From an uncultured Erysipelotrichaceae bacterium (lineage in GTDB: Bacteria; Bacillota_I; Bacilli_A; RFN20; CAG-826): a stretch of DNA of 64,000 nt. Location: positions 11,393 through 75,392 of the forward strand of contig CADCLZ010000001.1 of the NCBI GenBank assembly GCA_902802365.1. Reading direction: 5' to 3'. This document shows, one piece after another, positions 57,096 through 64,000 of this stretch; within the stretch, counting starts at the first letter, position 1, and each line of letters begins with the position of its first letter. Position numbers and translations under genes: made by a program. The notes below the pieces were generated by a model, which saw only the letters and a list, made by a program, of their open reading frames with translations, was not told where the DNA came from and did no database searches.

Positions 57096-58049
57096 ATGAA
57101 TGCGAAAGATTGGTTGCTGGACTTCAGCCGCGGAGCTGCCTTAGGAACCGGGATTCTTCCCGGGGTATCGGTGGGAACCGTCGGCTTAATCGTTAAGATT
57201 TATGACAAGCTGCTGGATGCGATTTCCGGCTTAACAAAGCATTTTGGCAAGGCCTTTATGACCTTGCTTCCGATCGCTTTGGGCACCTTGATCTCGGCCG
57301 CCTTGCTGCTTTTTGGCTATTCGCGGCTAAAAGACTACATCCCGTTTGAGATCGTCGCCTTGATGGCGGGCTTGATCCTCGGCGGCGTCCCCATCATCGT
57401 CAAAGAGGTCGATTGGAAGGCGATTTCCCCATTAGACATCCTTAGGATGTCATTGGGCTTCATATTCGCCGCGGGGATCGGTATCGTGGCCGTCATCGCC
57501 TCCAAAAACAATTGGTTCAATGTCGGCGAAGCTTTCTTGGATCCTAACCACAACATCTGGGTCTATTTCGTGACCTTCTTCGTTGGCATCGTGACGGCGA
57601 TCGCCTGCTTATTGCCCGGCATCTCCGGCTCGATGGTTTTATTCATCTTCGGCCTTTATAACCCAGTAGTTGGTTTATATACCGGCCCAGACTCCATGAT
57701 CCATAACCACGACCGCATCGGAACCGGTCTGATTTTGACCGCGGTTTTGTTTGTGGGTGTCGTGATTGGGCTTGTTGGCTTTGCCAAAATCATGCGGAGG
57801 TTAGAAGAAAAACACCATCAAGGCACCTTTACTTTGGTCTTGGGCTTTGTTGGCGGATCGTTGATCAGCATGTTCGTGAATCATGAAATTTGGGCTTATT
57901 ACCAGTCGGGTGCAGGGTGGTACCACTACTTAATCGGCGGCGTGTTGTTCGTCGCCGGCGTCTTGCTGCTGCTCTTCTTATTGAAGAAAAGCGGACAATT
58001 GAGCCCCGCGAAGAAGGTAGAGGATGCCGAAACGTCCGGAGCAGAATAA
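57096..58049 (+). CDS. DUF368-family polytopic membrane protein (candidate polyprenyl-phosphate transporter family)
   Basis: Twice-repeated LPG(V/I)S.S.(T/M) motif (ILPGVSVGT, LLPGISGSM). 8+ TM segments. Start ATG 57096. The upstream part of the track ORF is antisense to the flavodoxin gene. Confidence 0.5.
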   Translation: MNAKDWLLDFSRGAALGTGILPGVSVGTVGLIVKIYDKLLDAISGLTKHFGKAFMTLLPIALGTLISAALLLFGYSRLKDYIPFEIVALMAGLILGGVPIIVKEVDWKAISPLDILRMSLGFIFAAGIGIVAVIASKNNWFNVGEAFLDPNHNIWVYFVTFFVGIVTAIACLLPGISGSMVLFIFGLYNPVVGLYTGPDSMIHNHDRIGTGLILTAVLFVGVVIGLVGFAKIMRRLEEKHHQGTFTLVLGFVGGSLISMFVNHEIWAYYQSGAGWYHYLIGGVLFVAGVLLLLFLLKKSGQLSPAKKVEDAETSGAE

Positions 58050-58623
58050 AGCAATCCAAGAAAAAAGACGGCAGGACATCAAAGACAAGGCCCTCCGCCT
58101 TTTTGCCATCCAAGGATTCGACGAGATTTCCGTGGACGATATCTGCAAGGCGGCGAAATGCGCCCACGGGCTTTTCTATCATTATTACGCTTCCAGGGAA
58201 GAACTATTTTCCGATCTCCTCAAAGACATGGGCGACGATCTCCTACCATTAACGGAAGCGAAATCTGAACCCGGTTTCTCTGGGTTAAGATTGCTTCTTG
58301 TTCAAATAACTTCTTCTCTTCAGGAAAAGCTAACCAACAAACAGTCTTACCTTCTCCTCCACCTCAACTTCCATAAACAAAGAGAGCTACAAAAGGCGGT
58401 CTACAAAAAGCACTTTGGCCTCTATCAGATCATGAAAGAAAAGATCAAGGAAGGACAAAAAGAGGGGGCCTTGATCGCCGGAGACCCAGAAGAGATCTTA
58501 GAGTCTTTGGCTATGCTATTAAGGGGCCAGTTAATCACCAAAATCGAGGCCAAGGAAAAAGGCTTCAAATACCTCAGCGAAGACGTTTTGGAGCTGATGA
58601 TACAAAAATCAGCGCAGTTTTAA
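58024..58623 (+). CDS. TetR-family transcriptional regulator
   Basis: LRLFAIQGFDEISVDDICKAAKCAHGLFYHYYASREELF (TetR_N HTH). Confidence 0.75.
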   Translation: MPKRPEQNKAIQEKRRQDIKDKALRLFAIQGFDEISVDDICKAAKCAHGLFYHYYASREELFSDLLKDMGDDLLPLTEAKSEPGFSGLRLLLVQITSSLQEKLTNKQSYLLLHLNFHKQRELQKAVYKKHFGLYQIMKEKIKEGQKEGALIAGDPEEILESLAMLLRGQLITKIEAKEKGFKYLSEDVLELMIQKSAQF

Positions 58624-59432
58624 TTGTTCACAAAGTGTTTTAAGGCGTAAGCAACCCCGTTTTCCCAAACCGGCTTCGTGACGAACTTAGCCGCTTTTTT
58701 GCATTCTTCGGTCGCGTTTCCCATTGCCACGCCTTGATAAGCGGCGATCATGCCAACATCATTGCCTTGATCGCCAAAGCAATAGACGTCTTTTTTATTT
58801 ATCTTAAGATATTGTCTGATGAATTCGGTTCCGCTGGCCTTGTCGGCGTCCTTACGAACGAACTCCAAGTAATGCGGGTTGCTCCGTAAAATCTGGTATT
58901 CTTTGTCCTCTTTTAGAAGGGGGAAGTTATCAATCGCTTCTTCGGAGGCGGAGATCATGATCTTCAAAATATTATCATTTTTGGCCAAAGGATAATTGTT
59001 CAAATCGCGATATTCCATGAAATTGCATTCAAGCTCCCAATCGACGGAGGGGTTTTTGGAATAGGCGCCCAAAGCATTTTCGGTGTAGCAATAAATGTGG
59101 TCGCCGTCTTCGACCTCTTTCTTATGACGCGCATAAAAAGCGTCGAAATGAGATCCGGGCATCGCATAGCTTTTTAGGACGGTCCCATCTTCCTTCTGGA
59201 TGATCGTCCCGTTTGCCCCAAGCGAAAATTTCTGCCCGTCCTGGAAATAATCCAGATATGGTTTGATGCCGGTATAGGGACGGCCGGAAGCGATGGCAAT
59301 CGCATCGCCTTTCGCCAAACGTTCATTTACCGCGGCGATCAATTCCGGCGTCGGTTCGTCGTCGTTGATCAACGTGCCATCAATGTCGAATACAAACAGT
59401 TTCACGGGACGAATTATACGGAGAGCAGGCAA
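58620..59432 (-). CDS. Cof-type HAD-IIB sugar phosphatase
   Basis: LFVFDIDGTLI (motif I). GDQGNDVGM (motif IV). Cap-2 domain length. Confidence 0.8.
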   Translation of the reverse strand: MPALRIIRPVKLFVFDIDGTLINDDEPTPELIAAVNERLAKGDAIAIASGRPYTGIKPYLDYFQDGQKFSLGANGTIIQKEDGTVLKSYAMPGSHFDAFYARHKKEVEDGDHIYCYTENALGAYSKNPSVDWELECNFMEYRDLNNYPLAKNDNILKIMISASEEAIDNFPLLKEDKEYQILRSNPHYLEFVRKDADKASGTEFIRQYLKINKKDVYCFGDQGNDVGMIAAYQGVAMGNATEECKKAAKFVTKPVWENGVAYALKHFVNN

Positions 59433-59500
59433 ACGGGTCGAGGGTATTTTTCAACTTGTTGAATCGCTCGAGGTCTTTTCTTGGTAAACTTATCCCCGAC

Positions 59501-60688
59501 ATGAAAGCGGTCCTGCGGTTAAATGAAAACTCCTCGCTCCTCGTCCATGGAAAGCGCCTCGTTCAATGGAACGTCGAGAATCTTCTCGCTTATGGAGTGA
59601 GCCGGGTCATCCTCGTTGGCGAACAAGACCCCAAAATCCAGAACCCCAAAGTCTTTTTCGTGAAAGATCCAGGGCTTGGATCGGCTGGTTTGTTCCATGT
59701 TTTGGCCAAAAAGCTTAAGACCGACTTCATCTATATCCCTGAGCCGAGGTTCTTCGACGTCGACTTCAAGCGCTTGTTCCGTTTCCATAAGAAAAAAGAA
59801 GCGTTGATCACCGTTGTTGGCGGCCCAAGCCTTTTAAGGCTTCCTTTGCTCGATATCTATGAAAACGACGTGGTGCTTTCTGATGAAAAGCATCTTGAAA
59901 AATGGCCTGAATATTACAAAAACATCCATGATTTGGGCATCTATGTCGTCTCTTCCGGCTTCCCCGAAAGCTTTGAAGAACCAGAAAATGTTGATTTCGG
60001 AAGCGGGATCCTACAACCGACCTTGTCTCTAGGCTCTGTTTTCGTTTACCGCTCCTCCGAGTACATCAAACCATTGGAGAACCTCGAGCAGATTGAAAAA
60101 GACATCGACCGGGGCCTGCCTGAGAAACGCAATCTTTCCAAACCGCAGAAAGCGATCTTCCTCGACCGCGATGGCACGATCAATCATTTTGGTGCCTTCG
60201 TCGTCAAGGCGGAAATGCTGCATCTAGAAGACGGTGCTGCCGAAGCAATCCGTAGGATTGATGAGTCGGAATACTTGCCGATCTGCATCACCAATCAGCC
60301 GATCGTCGAACGCGGAGAAACCACATTAGAAGAATTGGAACGCACCCACGCCAGGCTGCATGTTTTGCTCGAAAAAGAGGGGGCATACCTTCAAGATCTT
60401 TACTTCTGCCCCCACGATATCGACCACAGCAAACCTTGGAACGCTTATTGCCAATGCCGCAAACCGAAAACCGGCATGCTCCGCTGGGCGAAAGCTCGTT
60501 ATAACATCGATTTGTCGGCCTCTTGGTTCATCGGCGATACCACCCAAGACGTCCAAACCGGCATCAATGCCGGTACCCATACCGTGCTTTTGTTAGGCGG
60601 CGATCCAAGGCCCGCCAAGCGCTTTCCTGATGCAAAAGCAGACATAGTCTGCTTCAATTTGTTAGAAGCGATCGGAAAAATTCTCTGA
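59501..60688 (+). CDS. HddC-like (degenerate nucleotidyltransferase) / GmhB-like HAD phosphatase fusion, paralogue of 7758..9050
   Basis: C-terminus: KAIFLDRDGTIN...CITNQP...CQCRKPKTGM...GDTTQDV. N-terminal domain aligns with the NTP-transferase fold but lacks the GxGTRL signature. Start likely MKAVLRL (59501). Confidence 0.65.
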   Translation: MKAVLRLNENSSLLVHGKRLVQWNVENLLAYGVSRVILVGEQDPKIQNPKVFFVKDPGLGSAGLFHVLAKKLKTDFIYIPEPRFFDVDFKRLFRFHKKKEALITVVGGPSLLRLPLLDIYENDVVLSDEKHLEKWPEYYKNIHDLGIYVVSSGFPESFEEPENVDFGSGILQPTLSLGSVFVYRSSEYIKPLENLEQIEKDIDRGLPEKRNLSKPQKAIFLDRDGTINHFGAFVVKAEMLHLEDGAAEAIRRIDESEYLPICITNQPIVERGETTLEELERTHARLHVLLEKEGAYLQDLYFCPHDIDHSKPWNAYCQCRKPKTGMLRWAKARYNIDLSASWFIGDTTQDVQTGINAGTHTVLLLGGDPRPAKRFPDAKADIVCFNLLEAIGKIL

Positions 60689-60780
60689 TCGAATAATGTT
60701 GCCCCTTTGCGCTTCTTGTAGAAGCGTTTTTGCTAATAAGTGTGCTGCAATTCAAGATAATCAAATACGGGAGGTTGTTT

Positions 60781-60927
60781 ATGAATAAACTCCGCGTTTG
60801 CGCCTCTCCCAACCCCAACGGCGAGACCTCCGTGTACGCCATTTATTATCGCGGTTATTACGGCACCGCGGGCGTTGGAAACAGAGCGGGCCCCACGATG
60901 ATCACCTACCGGGCCTCAACCGTTTAA
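60781..60927 (+). CDS. Small Gly/Tyr-rich ORF (48 aa) with strong Shine-Dalgarno, upstream of ppdK
   Basis: GGGAGG 6 nt upstream of ATG 60781. MNKLRVCASPNPNGETSVYAIYYRGYYGTAGVGNRAGPTMITYRASTV. No homolog recognised. Confidence 0.3.
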   Translation: MNKLRVCASPNPNGETSVYAIYYRGYYGTAGVGNRAGPTMITYRASTV

Positions 60928-61088
60928 TTCCCTTCATCTATAAGAGCAGGGCGCCCGCCCGGCGTCCTTTTCTTAAGCCCTAAAAAGGGCTTTCTTTATT
61001 TCTTTTCTTCTTTTAGCGCGCCCGTATATGGTAAACTTTTTCCGTTGGGCTATAAGCCCAGTCAAATTGTCATAATTAGGAGGACAAA

Positions 61089-63749
61089 ATGGCAGAAAAG
61101 AAGTACGTCTATTCCTTCAAGGAAGCCCATCAAGCCAAAGTCGGCAAGGACATCCTTGGCGGAAAGGGCTTCGGTCTTGCCGAGATGACCGCCGCCGGGG
61201 TCAACATCCCTGGTGGTTTCACCATCTCCACCGAAGCTTGCAACCTCTACTATGAATCCGGGAAGAAGATCCCTGATTCCGTGTGGAACGACATCGTGAG
61301 CCACATCCATGGCGTCGAGTCGGAAAACAACAAATCGTTCGGCGGATTCGAAGAAGGCAAAATGCCTTTGCTCGTCTCGGTCCGTTCCGGCGCCCGCCAG
61401 TCGATGCCTGGCATGATGGATACCATCCTCAACCTCGGTCTCAACGACGTCGTCGTCGAGAAGTTGGCGGAATTCGCCCACAACGAAAGGTTCGCTTGGG
61501 ACTCCTATCGCCGCTTCATCTTGATGTTCACCAACATCGCCAAAGGCCATCCCAGGACCGATATGGACAGGATGCTCGATGAACTCAAGGAAAGCAACGG
61601 CTATAAGCTCGACACCCAAGTCACCGTCGAGCAGCTCAAGGATTTGGTCACCCGCTACAAGGAATACTACAAGACCGTGTTCGGCGAAGACTTCCCGACC
61701 GATCCGTACGTCCAGCTTTATGAAGCGGTCGCGGCCGTCTTCCGCAGCTGGGACAACCCGCGCGCCAACGTCTATCGCCAGATGAACGGCATCCCCTATG
61801 AATGGGGCACCGCCGTCAACGTCCAGTCGATGGTCTTCGGCAACATGGGCGAAGATAGCGGCACCGGCGTCGCTTTCTCCCGTTCGCCTTCCACCGGCGA
61901 AAAGCAAATCTATGCCGAGTTCCTCCCGAATGCCCAGGGCGAAGACGTCGTTGCCGGCGTCCGCACTCCGCTTCACATCGATGAGCTTCAGAAGAGGATG
62001 CCCGATGTTTACAATCAGTTCATGGAAACCATCAAGAGGATGGAGAACTACTTCCATGATATGCAGGATATGGAGTACACCATCGAAAAGGGTACCCTCT
62101 ACTTCCTCCAGACCCGTAACGGCAAGAGAACCGCTCGCGCGGCCCTCAAGATCGCTTGCGACTTGGTCGATGAAGGCTTGATCGACGAGAAAGAGGCTGT
62201 CCTCCGCGTCGAACCGAAGCAGCTCAACGACCTTCTCCACCCGACCTTCGACGAAGCTGACCTCAAGGCTCATGATCCCGTGATCAAAGGCCTCCCCGCC
62301 TCTCCGGGCGCTGGCACTGGTCAGATCGTCTTCACCGCTGAAGAGTGCAAAGCTTGGCACGATGCCGGCAAGAAAGTCGTCCTCGTCCGCGCCGAAACCT
62401 CTCCGGAAGACATCATTGGTATGGTCAACTCCGAAGCCATCCTCACCGCTCGCGGCGGCATGACTTCCCACGCGGCCGTCGTCGCCCGTTCGATGGGCAA
62501 ATGCTGCGTCGCTGGCGCGAATGAAATCGTCGTCAACGAAGAAGAAAAGACCGTCAAAGTCGGCGACAAGGTCTATCACGAAGGTGATGTCCTCTCCGTC
62601 AATGGCTCGACTGGCTTGGTCTATGAAGGCGCCATCAAGATGGTTCCCGCCGACCTCGGCGGTGACTTCGGCCGCCTGATGCAGTGGGCCGACGAGAATC
62701 GTCGTCTCAAAGTCCGCGCCAACTGCAACACTCCGGAAGATGCCCAGAACGCCCGCAAGTTCGGCGCCGAAGGCATCGGCCTCTGCCGCACTGAGCGTAT
62801 GTTCTTCGCTCCGGACCGCATCCTCAATATGCGTTCGATGATCCTTTCCGATACCACCGAGCAGCGCGAAGCAGCGCTTGAAAGAATCCGCCCGTTCATG
62901 GTCGGTGACTTCTACTCGATGTACATCGCCAATCCGGATTCCTTGGTTAACATCCGTCTGTTGGATCCGCCTCTCCATGAGTTCCTCCCGGAAATCACCG
63001 ATGCGGCCAATATCAAAGATATTGCTGAGAAGCTCGGCGTCTCCGAACAAAAAGTTCGCGAGAGGATCGAACAGCTCCACCAGGCCAACCCGATGATGGG
63101 CTTCCGTGGCGTCCGTCTCTGCGTCGCCTATCCGGAAATCTACGCGATGCTCGCCACCGCGATCGTCCAAGCCGCCGTCCAGGCCAGCAAAGATCTCGGC
63201 CATGACGTCGAGCCGGAAATCATGATCCCGCTCGCCGGCGAGAGCAAAGAATACCTCTGGGCCAAGAAAGTGGTCGTCGAAGCCGTCGAAAAGGCGATGC
63301 TCGAAGAAGGGAAGAAACTCCCCTACCACGTTGGCACCATGATCGAAATCCCAAGAGGCGCCCTCCGCGCTGGGGATTTGGCCAAGAACGCCGAATTCTT
63401 CTCCTTCGGGACCAACGACCTCACCCAGCTCACCATGGGCTTCAGCCGTGATGACTCCGGCCAATTCCTGCCGTTCTACTACGATCGCAAGATCTACGAA
63501 TTCGATCCGTTCCAGACCATCGATGTCGAAGGCGTCGGCGAACTCGTCAAGATCGCCGTCGAACGTGGCCGTGCGGCCCGTCCGGACCTCTTGATCGGTG
63601 TCTGCGGCGAGACCGGTGGCGATCCCGCCTCCATCATGTTCTATGATGAAGTCGGCCTCGACTATGTCTCCTGCTCGCCGTTCCGTGTGCCGCTTGCCCG
63701 CCTTGCCGCGGCCCAGGCCCACATCCTCCACGAGAGAGAAGGCAAATAA
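61089..63749 (+). CDS. ppdK: Pyruvate, phosphate dikinase
   Basis: 886 aa. GGKG.GLAEM. Phosphohistidine domain GGMTSHAAVVAR. PEP-utilising C-terminus. AGGAGG RBS. Confidence 0.95.
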   Translation: MAEKKYVYSFKEAHQAKVGKDILGGKGFGLAEMTAAGVNIPGGFTISTEACNLYYESGKKIPDSVWNDIVSHIHGVESENNKSFGGFEEGKMPLLVSVRSGARQSMPGMMDTILNLGLNDVVVEKLAEFAHNERFAWDSYRRFILMFTNIAKGHPRTDMDRMLDELKESNGYKLDTQVTVEQLKDLVTRYKEYYKTVFGEDFPTDPYVQLYEAVAAVFRSWDNPRANVYRQMNGIPYEWGTAVNVQSMVFGNMGEDSGTGVAFSRSPSTGEKQIYAEFLPNAQGEDVVAGVRTPLHIDELQKRMPDVYNQFMETIKRMENYFHDMQDMEYTIEKGTLYFLQTRNGKRTARAALKIACDLVDEGLIDEKEAVLRVEPKQLNDLLHPTFDEADLKAHDPVIKGLPASPGAGTGQIVFTAEECKAWHDAGKKVVLVRAETSPEDIIGMVNSEAILTARGGMTSHAAVVARSMGKCCVAGANEIVVNEEEKTVKVGDKVYHEGDVLSVNGSTGLVYEGAIKMVPADLGGDFGRLMQWADENRRLKVRANCNTPEDAQNARKFGAEGIGLCRTERMFFAPDRILNMRSMILSDTTEQREAALERIRPFMVGDFYSMYIANPDSLVNIRLLDPPLHEFLPEITDAANIKDIAEKLGVSEQKVRERIEQLHQANPMMGFRGVRLCVAYPEIYAMLATAIVQAAVQASKDLGHDVEPEIMIPLAGESKEYLWAKKVVVEAVEKAMLEEGKKLPYHVGTMIEIPRGALRAGDLAKNAEFFSFGTNDLTQLTMGFSRDDSGQFLPFYYDRKIYEFDPFQTIDVEGVGELVKIAVERGRAARPDLLIGVCGETGGDPASIMFYDEVGLDYVSCSPFRVPLARLAAAQAHILHEREGK

Positions 63750-63763
63750 GCCAAAACCAAAAA

Positions 63764-63792
63764 AGGCATCCCTTCGGGGGTGCCTTTTCTTA
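63764..63792. terminator. Bidirectional terminator after ppdK
   Basis: AGGCATCCC-TTCG-GGGGTGCCT + TTTTCTT. Confidence 0.6.
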
Positions 63793-63805
63793 TCCTTATA
63801 TTACT

Positions 63806-64000
63806 TATAAAACCTTGCAGAGTTTGACCTGATAGCCTTTTCGTTCGAAACGCCTCGCGGCCTCGTGGCATTTTTTCGCATCGGTGGATAAGGCGAATAG
63901 GGCGGAGCCAGAGCCGGTCATCGAACAGAGGTAGAAACCATCCTTCTTTAGTTGGGCGAAGACCTCGCCGATTTCGGGGAGGAGTTTTTCCGCGGCCGGC
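63806..64000 (-). CDS. 3' end of a GHMP kinase (IspE-like); start lies beyond the window
   Basis: Minus-strand frame reads ...LCSMTGSGSALFAL...KVL*, the GHMP C-terminal motif. Partial. Confidence 0.4.

Noticed and set aside
61062-63731. 889-aa minus-strand ORF
   Set aside because: Exactly antisense to ppdK. It has Gly/Asp/Arg-rich low-complexity translation, and ppdK has unmistakable motifs.

Overview
This 64 kb window looks like chromosome from a moderately GC-rich bacterium (core genes about 52-58% GC) with Bacillota-like housekeeping content: prs, pth-mfd, ftsH, dus, ppdK, glmM-nagB. I could not determine the taxon. There are three blocks.

(1) 0.3-26.3 kb is a large surface-polysaccharide locus of the Wzx/Wzy-dependent O-antigen/capsule type. 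It carries a GDP-D-glycero-D-manno-heptose pathway (GHMP kinase HddA-like, GmhA, fused HddC-GmhB), rfbB, rfbF-rfbG, glf, SDR epimerases, an RmlC-like cupin, six glycosyltransferases (GT2 x2, GT4, GT8, a kinase-like/sugar-phosphotransferase fusion, Wzy), an O-acetyltransferase and Wzx. The central part is low GC (about 38-42%). Higher-GC IS remnants (IS3-family, IS481-like, IS200-family) are inserted in it.

(2) 26.3-35.0 kb is an accessory island. It holds an IS200-family copy, an HNH-motif protein, a GC-rich hypothetical gene, a ugd relic and a second IS200 remnant. It then has a low-GC, tightly overlapping four-gene minus-strand operon: an OLD/ABC-type ATPase, an RloB-like protein, a PD-(D/E)xK + DUF2075 helicase-like NTPase, and a SIR2-like protein. 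I interpret this operon as a candidate, apparently undescribed, composite anti-phage system.

(3) 35.6-64 kb is core housekeeping. Notable items are an XRE-HTH::GlmM fusion, tandem DUF2974 paralogues, a heterodimeric ABC exporter with MarR, a DUF368 membrane protein and a second HddC-like/GmhB paralogue.

All domain calls rest on motifs read by eye. No database searches were run.
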